From: Octopus vulgaris
Taxonomy: Eukaryota
Direction: 5' to 3'
DNA length: 64,000 bases
Assembly: GCA_951406725.2 (NCBI GenBank)
Contig: OX597837.1
Coordinates: 26,040,001-26,104,000, forward strand
The first letter of the stretch is position 1, and each line of letters begins with the position of its first letter. Positions 51,308-64,000 of the stretch are shown piece after piece. The translations under genes and the position numbers were made by a program. The notes below the pieces were generated by a model that saw only the letters and a list, made by a program, of their open reading frames with translations, did not search any database and was not told the origin of the DNA.

Positions 51308-51469
51308 TGCGCAGGAGTGGCTGTGTGGTAAGTAGCTTGCTTACCAACCACATGGTTCCGGGTTCAGTCCCACTGCATGGCATCTTGGGCAAGTGCCTTC
51401 TGCTATAGCCTCGGGCTGACCAATGCCTTGTGAGTGGATTTGGTAAACGGAAACTGAAAGAAGCCTGTC

Positions 51470-51511
<42 letters not shown>

Positions 51512-52214
51512 GTGTGTGTATATGTTTGTCCCCCTAGCATTGCTTGACAACCGATGCTGGTGTGTTTACATCCCCGTCACTTAGCGGTTCGGCAAAAGAG
51601 ACCGATAGAATAAGTACTGGGCTTACAAAGAATAAGTCCCGGGGTCGATCTGCTCGACTAAATGCAGTGCTCCAGCATGGCCGCAGTCAAATGACTGAAA
51701 CAAGTAAAAGAGTACACATCAAATGGCGATGATGATGATGATGATGATGAAGATGAAGAGTGTTACTCAGTAGTTATCATTTTTACATGTGAAGGTGGCA
51801 AGCTGGCAGAATTATTAACATGCGCAGGAGTGGCTGTGTGGTAAGTAGCTTGCTTACCTACCACATGGTTCTGGGTTCAGTCCCACTGTGTGGCATCTTG
51901 GGCAAGTGTCTTTTGCTATAGCCTCGGGCCGACCAATGCCTTGTGAGTGGATTTGGTAGACAGAAACTGAAAGAAGCCTGTCATATATATGTATATGTAT
52001 GTGTGTTTGTGTGTCTGTGTTTGTCCCCCTAGCATTGGTTGACAACCGATGCTGGTGTGTTTACGTCCCCATCACTTAGCGGTTCGGCAAAAGAGACCGA
52101 TAGAATAAGTACTGGGCTTACAAAGAATAAGTCCCGGGGTCGAGTTGCTCGACTAAAGGCGGTGCTCCAGCATGGCTGCAGTCACATGACAGAAACAAGT
52201 AAAAGAGGAAAGAG
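51308..52214 (+). mobile_element. Two tandem SINE family A copies with a duplicated upstream flank
   Basis: Copies at 51308-51713 and 51821-52214, each preceded by the same ~105-bp flank. Confidence 0.88.
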
Positions 52215-52696
52215 TATGCCGAGAAAAATGCTTAGCAACATTTTGCCCGTCTTTACGTTCTGAGTTCAAGTTCCGCTGAAGTTGACTTTAGCTTTCATCG
52301 TTTCGGGGTTGATAAAATAAGTACCAGTCGAGTACTGGGGTCAATGTAATCGACTTACCTTCATCCCCGAATTTCAGGCTTTGTGCTCATCACACAAGGC
52401 ACACACATTAAATTGGCACACCATGGGCTATGATGAGGGTTCCAGTAGATTTGATCAACAGCTCATGGAATTAATGTTCAAGTGGTTGAGTATTCCACAG
52501 TCACATGTACCCTTAACGTGGTTCTCAGGGAGACACAGAATGCAACAAGGCCGGCCCTTTGAATTACAGGTACAAATCATTTTTGCCAGGTGAGCGGACT
52601 GGAGCAATGTGAAGTAAAGTGTCTTGCTTAAGGACACAGCATGTTGCTTTATGATTATGAGCTGACCACCCAAACCACTAAGCCATGGAATATTAA

Positions 52697-53103
52697 CTCT
52701 TTACTCTTTTACTTGTTTCAGTCATTTGACTGCGGCCATGCTGGAGCACCGCCTTTAATCGAGCAACTCGACCCCGGGACTTATTCTTTTGTAAGCCTAG
52801 TACTTATTCTATCGGTCTCTTTTGCTGAACCGCTAAGTGACGGGGACATAAACACACCAGCATCGGTTGTCAAGCAATGCTAGGGCGACAAACACAGACA
52901 CACAAACACACACACATATATATGTATATACATATATACGACGGGCTTCTTTCAGTTTCCATCTACCAAATCCACTCACAAGGCTTTGGTCGGCCCGAGG
53001 CTATAGTAGAAGACACTTGCCCAAGGTGCCACACAGTGGGACTGAACCCGGAACCATGTGGTCGGTAAACAAGCTACTTACCACACAGCCACTCCTGCAC
53101 CTA
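52697..53103 (-). mobile_element. SINE family A
   Basis: Consensus. Confidence 0.9.
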
Positions 53104-53526
53104 CCTGATATCTAATAAAACTTTTTATAGTTGCTGCTAAATATCGATCGGGCTTAAAAATTGAATTAAGAACCAACAAAAGAAACACGTGTACACACCT
53201 CATAGCAATGTACACTGTATGGATTCCTGCTTTATATAAAGGAAAGGAGTTGTTGTGAAATTTATCTAAGGGTTTGTTCAAGAAAAAAAAAACACCAAAA
53301 GCAAAGAAACAAACAGCAAATAAAACAAGAAAAAAAACCCATACATGTATCAAAAGCAAAGAGCTGACTTCAAACCAATGTGTTATAGAAATATTTGAAG
53401 CACCTAAAACCACGATGAAGAATATATTTAGATTCTATGAAGGTGGCTAAATAACAGAATGTGTGAAATTCTAGCTTTAAGGAAAAAAAAAAATGTCTAT
53501 GTATAGGCACAGGTGTGGTGGCTGTG

Positions 53527-53930
53527 TGGCAGAAACGTTAGCACACCAGGCAAAATGCTTAGCTGTATTTCGTCTGCCGTTATGTTCCGAGTTCAAATTC
53601 CGCCGAGGTCAACTTTGCCTTTCATCCTTTCAGGGTCGATAAATTAAGTACCAGTTGTGCACTGGGGTCGATATAACCGACTTAATCTGTTTGTCTGTCC
53701 TTGTTTGTCCTCTCTGTGTTTAGCCCCTTGTGGGTAGTAAAGAAATAGGTATTTCGTCAATTGTTATGTTCCGAGTTCAAATTCCACCGAGGTCGACTTT
53801 GCTTTCATCCTTTTGGGGTCGATTAAATAAGTACCAGTTACACACTGGGGCAATATAATCGCCTTAATCCTTTTGTCTATCTTTGTTTGTCCCCTCTATG
53901 TTTAGCTCCTTGAGGGCAATAAATAAACAA
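53527..53930 (+). mobile_element. SINE family B, dimeric, nested in a family A head
   Basis: Two GAGTTCAAATTCC...GGGTCGAT units. Confidence 0.85.
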
Positions 53931-54162
53931 GAAGCTTGCTTCCCGTCTACATGGTTCTGGATTCAGTCCCACTGCGTTGCACCCCTTTTATGGTCAAACT
54001 AGCCAGATCCAACATCTTACACCTACCCTGCAATGTCACACTAAAAATAAACAATCATATCATCGAAATCTTGAAGTTATGAGATAATGCAGGATTAATT
54101 CAAAACAATATGAATAAATAAGGATTACGGTTGATGGAATAATCTGAATGCTAAAGGATTAA

Positions 54163-54724
54163 TATGGAGAAAATAATGGATATTATATGGAAATATTAGA
54201 ATGGTCGAATGATTGAAGGAAGTCAATAATAATGATTAATGAATGATATAATAGGTAAAGGACTGAAAAATCTGTTAAGCTCTTAGTATGGAGAAAATAA
54301 TGAATATTATATGGAAATATTAAAAGGGTGGAATGATTGAAGGGAGTGAATAATAATGATTAATGAATGATATAATAGGTAAAGGACTGAAAAATCTGTT
54401 AAGCTCTTAGTATGGAGAAAATAATGAATACTATATGGAAATATTAGAATAGTGGAATGATTGAAGGAAATCAATAATAATGATTAATGAATGATGTAAT
54501 AGGTAAAGGACTGAAAAATATGTTAAGCTCTTAGTATGGAGAAAATAATGAATATTATATGGAAATATTAAAAGGGTGGAATGATTGAAGGGAGTGAATA
54601 ATAATGATTAATGAATGATATAACAAGTAAAGGTCTGAAATGCCTGGCAAATGCTTAATATAGAAAAAATAATGAAAAATAAATGGAAATATTAAAAGAA
54701 TGGAATGATTGAATAGAGCAAATA
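54163..54724. repeat. 124-bp tandem array (4 full units plus a degenerate fifth)
   Basis: ATGGAGAAAATAATG at 54164, 54288, 54412 and 54536. Confidence 0.92.
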
Positions 54725-54726
54725 AT

Positions 54727-55082
54727 GGCACGTAAAAAGCACCATTTGAGCATGACCATTACCAGCATCACCTTACTGGCTCTTGTGCCGGTGGTACATA
54801 AAAAAACATTCAAGCGAGGTCGTTGGCAGTGCTGCTGGTGGCATGTAAAAAACACCATTTGAGCATGGCCATTGCCAGTACCGCCTGACTGGCCCTCGTG
54901 CTGGTGGCATGTAAAAGCACCCACTACTCTTGGAGTGGTTGGCATTAGGAAGGGCATCTAGCTGTAGAAACTCTGCCAGATCAGATTGGAGCCTGGTGCA
55001 GCCATCTGGTTTGCCAGCCCTCAGTCAAATCGTCCAACCCATGCTAGCATGGAAAGCAGACGTTAAACGATGATGATGATGA
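54727..55082 (+). mobile_element. RTE 3'UTR fragment
   Basis: Modules plus (GAT)n tail. Confidence 0.85.
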
Positions 55083-55120
55083 TTGATATAACAGGTACAA
55101 GACCGAAAAGTCTGGGTTAA

Positions 55121-55342
55121 CCCTTTCGTTACTGTATTTATTTTGAGATTCTCTGAGTTTCTTTCAATTAATTATAAATATAAGAAAGAATTTAGTAAAA
55201 TCACTTAGTTATCATTAAGCTAGTGTTAGGAACATAAATTGTGACTAAGGTTTGGTGGAAGATTTTAATTCAAAACTTATGAAAACAAAACACTTGTACT
55301 ACAGGGCCAGAACCGGTTTCAGCCGAGTTGATAACGAAAAGG
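55121..55342. mobile_element. piggyBac-type MITE
   Basis: TTAA TSD at 55117 and 55343; TIRs CCCTTTCGTTAC / ATAACGAAAAGG. Confidence 0.8.
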
Positions 55343-55428
55343 TTAAACAATCTGAAGTCAATGTAAAAGACTGATGATTAACTAAAAATGAGTGAAACCA
55401 TATGGTAACTATTGAGGAAGGTGATGAA

Positions 55429-55464
<36 letters not shown>

Positions 55465-55727
55465 GGAGAGAGCAGTTTTGAGGGAAAGACTAAGTCAAAT
55501 AAACCTCAGTGTTATTTTGATTGGCCCTGAAAGGATGAAAGGAAAAATTAACCTTGGTGAAATTTGAACTCAAAACGTAAAGACAGATGAAGTGCTGCTA
55601 AGCACTTTGTCCAGTGTGCTAATGATACTGCCAGCTCCCCGCCTTAGTGTTTCAAATTTTGGCACAAGGCCAGCAATTTTGGGGGAGGCAGTAAATCGAT
55701 TACAACAACTCCAGTGTTCAACTGGTA

Positions 55728-56512
55728 CTGCCATCCCTCGATACTTTGCAGTTCAACTATCGCAGATTCCCGACTTAATGGATTTTTAAAATATATTTAT
55801 ATGAACAACCTAAAATTTTTCATTAAATCCATTAAAATATTAATAATAAATATTATTTCCTAGTCTAGGAACAACAAAACAAGCGTAAAATAGCAAAAAA
55901 GCATATACAGGGGTATTTGAACATAAGACAGGCTGTGATTGGTGCAATGGAGAGAGACGATGAATCACAGCTTTCTCTTTTGTAATCTGGCCTGTGATTG
56001 GTGCTTTGACCGATGCTCAGATCCACAGCATCTTCTTTTGTCCCTCTCTCTTGTGGCCATTTCGCTTCAAACTTTCTCGCTGAGTGGTTTGCTGTACTAC
56101 TTTACGCTGTGCTGTGTGTGATTTTTTTTTTGTTTCTTTGCGTTGAACATTGCCTTTCGGAAGAAGTGGAACAGGTGTCCCAGGAAAGGGCACCGCCGTC
56201 AGCTTCATCATCATCATTTCTACTGCACAGCAAATTCATCACCATCACCATCCAAATTTTACTTCAACTTCTTTCATCTTGAGTACAGTAACAATCTTTA
56301 TCTTTTTAAAATCTAAAGTATTATTGCTTAACAGTTGTCCTTGTTATTAATAGTCTACTGTAATGGGTGGGTTGTTAACAGTACAGGGAGGGTTTTAAAA
56401 GTCCAAACACACGTTAAATAAATACTGTAAATATGGTGTCCCTACTTCACGGAAATTCAGTTATCGCGGACGGTCTCGGAACCAATCTACCGCGATAAAC
56501 GAGGGATCACTG
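55728..56512. mobile_element. pogo/Tigger-like non-autonomous DNA transposon
   Basis: TA flanks; termini CTGCCATCCCTCG and CGAGGGATCACTG; interrupts a family B SINE at ACTGGTA|. Confidence 0.7.
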
Positions 56513-57074
56513 TAATTATTATATCACCCTGAAAGGATGAAAGGCAAAGTCGACGTCAGTGGAATTTGAACTCAGAACATAAAGACAGACAAAATGCTGC
56601 CAAGTATTTTGCCCAGTGTGTTAATGATTCTGCCAACGCGCTGCCTTAACCGTACAATAACTACTGGAAAATCTCTCTTGATTGTGAGCGGGGGTGCTGC
56701 TGAAAAGCACTACGGAAGACAAGCTGTTGAAAATTATTAAAAATGAGTAGGAGAGGCTGAAGAGGTTTAAAAATGACCGGAATAGAGCAGGAATGATAAA
56801 AACAAAAAGGTAAAGAAGAAAGGCACAGGAAATAAAAAACAAATATCAAGGAAAAAGTCTGCAGAAAACATTACATTAGATTGTAGATGACGATAATGAT
56901 AACATAGCACAAGGTATTTCATTAAGCAAAACAAAATAATTAGAAATTGGCTCTATTACTACCATTACTATTATTATTATTATTATTATTATTATGAATA
57001 CACTAATGTTGATATGTTTGATTCTTTGTACTGATTACCTTACATGTGCGTATGCACACCATGTTGCATACGTG

Positions 57075-57267
57075 TGCATTTGTGTGAGTGTGTGTGTGTG
57101 TGTGTGTGTATTAAAATGTCAGCACCGTACGCAATGGTAGCCAGAGAAACATGTCACTGATAGAAGTAACGGAATTAACGAGATGCAAGAACGGCGGAAG
57201 GAGTAAGGGTGGGGGGGTCTTTGATTATATCACTACTTTCTAATTATGTTATATATGTGTGTGTGTT

Positions 57268-57298
<31 letters not shown>

Positions 57299-57485
57299 GT
57301 GTGTGTGCATAGTGTATTTGTGTGTGTGTGTGTGTGTGTATTAAAATGTCAGCACCGTACGCAATTAGCCAGAGAAACATGTCACTGATAGAAGTAACGG
57401 AATTAACGAGATGCAAGAACGGCGGAAGGAGTAAGGGTGGGGGTGGGGTGGGTCTTTGATTATATCACAAATTTCTAATTATGTA
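57075..57485. repeat. About 170-bp tandem duplication
   Basis: ATTAAAATGTCAGCACCGTACGCAAT...GGAGTAAGGGTGGG at 57110 and 57340. Confidence 0.9.
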
Positions 57486-57737
57486 TATATGTGTGTGTGT
57501 GTACATATATATATATATATATGTGTGTATATATATATGTGTGTGTGTATATATATATATATATTGTGTATATATGTGTGTGTGTATGTACATATATATA
57601 TATATGTGTATATATATATATGTGTGTGTATATATATATGTATGTATGTATATATATATATATGTGTGTGTATATATATATGTATGTATGTATATATATA
57701 TATATGTGTGTGTATATATATATGTATGTATGTATGT

Positions 57738-57792
<55 letters not shown>

Positions 57793-58293
57793 TGCATGGA
57801 CAATGGTTGTAGATGATGATGATGATACATAAAAATTGGCAAAGAATGTCTTATGTGTATGTTTGAGAGAGAGGGAGGGGTGATGAAAGAGGGAGAGAGA
57901 GAGGTGATGAGAGGGAAGGGTGATGAGAGAGAGGGAGGTGATGAGAGAGAGGGAAGGTGAGAGGGGGTGATGAGAGAGAGGGAAGGAGAGAGGGGTGATG
58001 AGAGAGAGACGTTTTAAGAAACGGTGCAACTTACTTTGCAATCCCATTCTGTTTTATAACAAAAGCTATTAATTACATTTTAATTAGTTCTGTTCCTTCA
58101 CTGTTTTATGGTTATGTTACAGATGTAAAGCTGTGTCTAATTATTTGTACAATTAATACATTGTATTGGAATTAAAAAAAAAGTGCCTCTCAAAAAATAT
58201 TGGCGAACTGCAGTTGGTAGAGATCACTGGACTGGTCTGTGTGTGTAAGGGGCCAGGAGTAACCTCAGTGAACTGATCCCTAATTAAACAATA

Positions 58294-58550
58294 AAAGGAA
58301 AAATGCGCCCTTTTAAAGCCTAGCCAGGCTCATGGGCTCAGTTTCCCGGTTTCAGTGGCGTATGTGTTCCCCAGCTGGATGGGACGCCAGTCTATCGCAG
58401 TGTTACTCATTTTTGCCAGCTGAGTGGACTGGAGCAATGTGAAATGAAGTGTTTTGCTTAAGAACACAACGCGTCGCCCGGTCCAGGAATCGAAACTGCA
58501 ATCTTATGATCATGATGCTGACACCCTAACCACTAAGCCATGCGCCTCCA
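58294..58550 (-). mobile_element. CORE-like SINE, head type D with tail Z
   Basis: TSD CCTAATTAAACAATA at 58279 and 58551; head TGGAGGCGCATGGCTTAGTGG. Confidence 0.88.
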
Positions 58551-59111
58551 CCTAATTAAACAATATCAAAAACATTTACTTCAAATACAGGTACAACTCA
58601 GATTTTGCTAGCTAAAGGGTTAAGAAGATCTAATTATTTGTACAATTAATATATTGTATTGGAACTTAAAAAAAAAAGTGCCTCTCAAAAAATATCGGTG
58701 AACTACAGTTGGTAGAGATCTGACTACCGCACACCGGGCTGCTGCGGAAGGAGGGGGTGCTGGTGCGGGTCAAGAAAAAAAGGGGCTGGTTTCGGCCGGC
58801 AGCTCAGGAGACAAGGACAGTGATAGGCAGGCCTGCTGCTGCTTTTTTCAACTCATCCTGCGCCTGAGTGTGCAGTCACCTTTCAAAGCAGCTGCAATGA
58901 ACTGCATCCGGACTGCGGTCAATGAGCTCGTGCAAAAATTTGAAATGAATATTTCTTCAGAACCACGGAAGATTGAATATGAATGATGCTGCTTGTATGA
59001 TGAAGACACTTGTTTGCAATTATCACATGACGGGAAGATTAGGAGGCACAAACACATGTGTGTGTGTGTGTGTGTGTGTGTACATGTGTTTATGTCTTAA
59101 TGTGTATGAGT

Positions 59112-59400
59112 GTTGAACACCTTTTTGATCTCCATGTGTCTAACACACGTGGACATGCCTACAAAGTCAGAAAACAACACAGCTCCCATGACTTTCGGAA
59201 ACATTTCTTCACGCTCAGAGTTGCTGAAGCATGGAATAAACTGCCTGCGTCAGTTGTTGACTGCCATGACACTGCATCCTTTAAGGCCCTCATGCTTCCC
59301 GAAATCCGTCGAAACTACACCTGATTATATATGCACTTTAGATGAGTTGTAGTGCACCTGAGCACTGTACACAATGTTTATTATTATTATTATTATTATA
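59112..59400 (+). mobile_element. CR1-like LINE 3' end
   Basis: TRGHAYK...FFTLRVAEAWNKLP...SFK motif, short 3'UTR and (TTA)n tail. Confidence 0.88.
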
Positions 59401-59700
59401 ACCTATGCAGCACCAAACTGCGATGACACCTATTGTAACTCAGTTACAATAGGTGACATTTCCTGTTAACAAATCGTCTGTTGGCTCTGCACTTTTTAAT
59501 TCCTCTGGAATAAGAAAAAGACTCTTTTACTTGAAAAACAAGTAAGGTTTGGTGACAAGAAGAGCATCTGGTTATAAAAGTTTTGCCTCAATGTCCCCTT
59601 GTTTAAGCCATGCTAGCATGGCGCTAATAGAGAATTAAAACTAGCAACATCAAACTAAACTTTGCTATAGCGTATCTTCTTTTATCTGTAGTCTCAATCC

Positions 59701-60117
59701 GTTTCTTTATTGCTCACAAGGGGCTAAACATAGAGGGGACAAACAAGGACAGACAAATGGATTAAGTCGAGTACACCGACCCGAGTGCGTAACTGGTACT
59801 TAATTCATCGACCCCGAAAAGATGAAAGGCAAAGCTGACCTCGGCGGCATTTGAACTCAGAACATAATGGCAGACGAAATACCTATTTCTTTACTACCCA
59901 CAAGGGGCTAAACACAGAGAGGACAAACAAGGACAAACAAAGGGATTAAGTCGATTACATCGACCCCAGTGCGTAACTGGTACTTAATTTATCGACCCCC
60001 GAAAGGATGAAAGGCAAAGCCGACCTTGGCGGAATTTGAACTCAGAACGTAGCGACGGGTGAAATACCGTGAAGCACTTTGCCCGGTGTGCTAACGTCTC
60101 TGCCAGCTCGCCGCCTT
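59701..60117 (-). mobile_element. SINE family B, dimeric
   Basis: TSD-like TAGTCTCAATC on both sides. Confidence 0.88.
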
Positions 60118-60127
60118 ATTAGTCTCA

Positions 60128-60251
60128 ATCATCAGACTGCAGCCATGCTGGGGCACCGTTGCAAACTGTTAAGTGGACGTAAACACACCAACACCAGTTG
60201 TCAAGTAGTGATGATGGTGTGTGTGTGTGGGGGAGGACAAGCACAGACAAG

Positions 60252-60287
<36 letters not shown>

Positions 60288-60870
60288 TGGGCTTCTTTCA
60301 GTTTCCTTCTGCCAAATCCACTCACAAGGCTTTGTTCGGTCCGAAGCCAGAGTAGAAGACACTTGCCTGTGGTGCCACACAGTGGGACTGAACCCAAGAG
60401 CATGTAGTTGAGAAACAAATTTCTTACTACACATCCATGCCTGCACCTATACTCTTTTTACTCTTTTACTTGATTCAGTCATTTGACTGTAGCCATGCTG
60501 GAGCACCGCCTTAAGTCGAGCAAATCGACCCCGGGACTTATTCTTTGTAAGCCCAGGACTTATTCTATCGGTCTCTTTTTGCTGAATCACTAAGTTACGG
60601 GGACGTAAACACACCAGCATCTGTTGTCAAGCAATGCTAGGGGGACAAACACAGACACACACACATACACACATATATATATATATATATACACATACAT
60701 ATATACAACAGGCTTCTTTCAGTTTCTGTCTACCAAATCCACTCACAAAGCATTGGTCGGCCTGGGGCTATAGCAGAAGACACTTGCACAAGATGCCACG
60801 CACTGGGACTGAACCCGGAACCATGTGGTTCGTAAGCAAGCTACTTACCACACAGCTACTCCTGCACCTA
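60128..60870 (-). mobile_element. Two adjacent SINE family A copies
   Basis: 60128-60448 (diverged) and 60451-60870. Confidence 0.85.
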
Positions 60871-61228
60871 TATTCATAGACTTATTTTTTTTTTTAGCTC
60901 TCCTTGCATTCGTTAAGTAATTAAACTTGACGAGACAGAGAACACAGTTGTAAATGTCTGACTATGTTTATATAATGTCACCTTAAACAAAGGAAAAAAA
61001 CAAAAAGCTGACGAGATGACACTGGTTTAAGTATTATTAATAGCTTCATCAATGATCAATCATCCTTTATTAATTGGCACAGTGAAATAAATATAATTAA
61101 ATCCATCATAGCTAATAACTAAATGACAGAGACTAAGTTGAACAAGCTTGTTTACTGGTTTACTAGTTTTAGTCACTGAGCTGTGGCCATGCTGGGGCAA
61201 ACTATTTAAGGGCTTTGGTCAATTATTG

Positions 61229-61762
61229 TGAGGTGGTATCAAGAAGTTCCCAGACTAGTTATGTTTAATAAAAAAATAACCTTTTTTTCTTTTTTACTTG
61301 TTTCAGTCATTTGACTGCGGCCATGCTGGAGCACTGCCTTTAGTCGAGCAAATCGACCCCAGGTTTTATTCTTTTGTAAGCCTAGTACTTATTCTATCAG
61401 TCTCTTTTGCCGAACCACTAAGCTACGAGGATGTAAACACAACAGCATCGGCTGGTTGACAAGTGATGTTGGGGGGACAAACATATACACACACATACAT
61501 ATATACGATGGGCTTCTTTCAGTTTCCATCTACCAAATCCACTCACAAGGCTTTGGTTGGCCAGAGGCTTTAGTAGAAGACACTTGCCCAAGATGCCATG
61601 CAGTGGGACTGAACCCGTAACCATGTGGTTGGTAAGCAAGCTACTTACCACACGGCCACTCCTGCGCCTATAGCTTATTTAAGATGATCTTGAAACTTAA
61701 GACAAATAAGTTATTTTTCATTAAATATGAGACTAGTCCGGGAATTTTTTGATACAACCTCA
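61229..61762. mobile_element. Mariner-type MITE interrupted by a family A SINE (61290-61671, minus strand)
   Basis: TIRs TGAGGTGGTATCAAGAAGTTCCCAGACTAGT / ACTAGTCCGGGAATTTTTTGATACAACCTCA. Confidence 0.72.
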
Positions 61763-62869
61763 TAATCAACAGACTTGCTATAATGAGCCTGGTGCTTATT
61801 ATATTGATTCCTATTTGATGAACCTCTAAGTTACACGATGAAAAAGTGTCACAACTTAACACTGGGTTTTAGATATACAGACACACACATAGAGGGACAG
61901 GGTGTGGGTAGGCATGGACACAAGAAAGAAACCCACTACACACCCCATCTCCCACCCCATAGAGAGATCAATTGATATTCATAATCCAGAGACAGGAATC
62001 TCTCCATGGCTAGTCAAACAATAAGTCTGCCTATAAAGGAAGGAAGTAAAGAAGGAAGAAAGGCAAAAAAGGCTGTATAAGACATTAAAAGAAGGAACAA
62101 CAACAGATGGTTACCGGGGTGTTAACAACCGAACAATGGGGTATTTGGTGGAGGAATTCCCAGGGACCAACATTTGATGCTGTGAAGCATGTCACTGAAA
62201 TATGAAAAAGCCATCAAATTTTGCTGCGGAAAGGGAAGGGTTTTTCATTTTTATTTTAATGGGTATGTTTTCGTCCATGTGGGAGGGGCAATGGCCTGGT
62301 TTCTCACCCCACCCTTCTTCTCCAATAATCACCTTCTTTTTTCCTCAGATTTTGTTTTTGTTTTATATGTACATAATTTTTTTTTTTTTCTTGTGTGACA
62401 TTTCTAAAGATGTAGCCAGAACCAACAAGATGGAATTGATGCGCATTGGCAGATGAGATAGCTTTGAATTTTTTGATTAGTTAAAAACAAGACTGTGCTC
62501 CCGACACCATATAATTATTATTATTATTATTATTAGTAGTAGTAGTAGTTGATGACATTATACTCAGAGAAGTCAATCATAAACAGTGATGGTGGTGGTG
62601 GTAGATGATGTCTGGCAACAGATTCCAGATGTTAACTGATTAGAGCAGATGATGCTACAGCTGGCCGGTCCCTTCTCATTGTCATTTCATGGGTCTGATC
62701 ACCACTGACATTACCCCCCCCCTCGCCGCAGCTGCCACCCATCCCCTCTCCCCCCACCCACCATACCACATCCATCTTTCACAGTCGATTCCAACCGATA
62801 ATGGTTTTACATGGCACAGACTAAATGGTAAAGTTGCTTTGGGATTGTTCTATACTACCTCCACATATA

Positions 62870-62997
62870 TACTAACACACACACACATACACGCACATAT
62901 ACACAGACAAACATATCCATACACACATATACTCAGAGCCACACACATATACACAGACAAACATATATCCAGACACACATATACTCAGAGTCACATG

Positions 62998-63037
<40 letters not shown>

Positions 63038-63129
63038 CTTACAAACATATACCTATACACAGTAACACACCACAGAGATATATACACTCATACATCTCTT
63101 TCTCTCTCTCCCTCACTCTATATACAAAT

Positions 63130-63161
<32 letters not shown>

Positions 63162-63201
63162 AGACAAACATATATCCATACACACATATACTCAGAACCA
63201 T

Positions 63202-63234
<33 letters not shown>

Positions 63235-63425
63235 CATACAAACATGTACCTATACACAGCCACACACTACAGAGATATATACACTCATACATCTCTCTCT
63301 CTCTCTCTCCCCCTCACTCTATATACAAATACATACACACACAAACATACACTGATGTATATGCATACGATCATACATTCACATAAACCTAGGCACATAC
63401 ACAGTCACAGACATATATACACACG

Positions 63426-63465
<40 letters not shown>

Positions 63466-63588
63466 TATACACATATATATGTACACATATATATACATAT
63501 ATATATACATATATATATATACACACATATATACATATACATACATACATACATATATACATATATACATACATACATATATACATAC

Positions 63589-63636
<48 letters not shown>

Positions 63637-63656
63637 ATATATATGCACACACACAC
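62870..63656. repeat. (CA)/(TA)-rich low-complexity region with an internal duplication
   Basis: Direct reading; source of the 324-aa ORF artefact. Confidence 0.9.
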
Positions 63657-64000
63657 GATGTAAACACACAAGCGTGCATATACATGTACGCATGTTATCA
63701 ATGCATACGTATGGAATCACTCAAACTTGTGTACATATACATACAAATACAGACATGTCTTCACACACACACACATGGAGTTAGAGAGACGGGAGAGGAG
63801 TGAGGCGGGAGAGGAGTGAGGCGGGAGAGGAGTGAGGCGGGAGAGTCTATTGAAGGAAGAAAATAAGGAGAAGCAGGAACCTTTACACAGTAAAAGGTCA
63901 AATGTAAATTTTTTTTTTTTTTTGAAAAAAAGAACATTTTGTGGAAAGGAAAAGGAGGAGGAATTTAGAGAAAATAATGAAATGACAGAAATTCAAAGTC

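Noticed and set aside
52580-52596. TTTTTGCCAG|GTGAGC
   Set aside because: A point variant inside a SINE (another copy reads GCCAGCTGAG)

Overview
AT-rich eukaryotic, non-coding, repeat-dense DNA. The SINE families and the huge (TA)n/(CA)n/(GA)n load look like an octopus (coleoid cephalopod) genome; this is recognition from memory, not a database result. I find no host protein-coding exon. Almost every ORF in the supplied track is a microsatellite or SINE artefact. The genuine coding remnants are decayed retroelements: RTE x3, CR1-like x2 and Penelope-like x2, one with a GIY-YIG motif. The window holds about 50 tRNA-derived SINE copies from at least four head types, Helitron/HINE, piggyBac, pogo and mariner non-autonomous elements, and several tandem arrays. 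Most notable: (1) a textbook recursive-splice (AG|GT ratchet point) motif on the minus strand at 41201-41242, suggesting the window lies inside a giant intron; (2) a 12-copy 102-bp chimeric array in which every unit carries a 13-nt match to let-7 nt 2-14 within a short hairpin; (3) several minimal hammerhead-ribozyme-like motifs in Penelope-type terminal repeats, one at the centre of a 65-bp-arm palindrome; (4) a candidate non-coding minus-strand exon with a hairpin at 26943-27404. Repeat boundaries were read by eye and are approximate unless a TSD or TIR is quoted.
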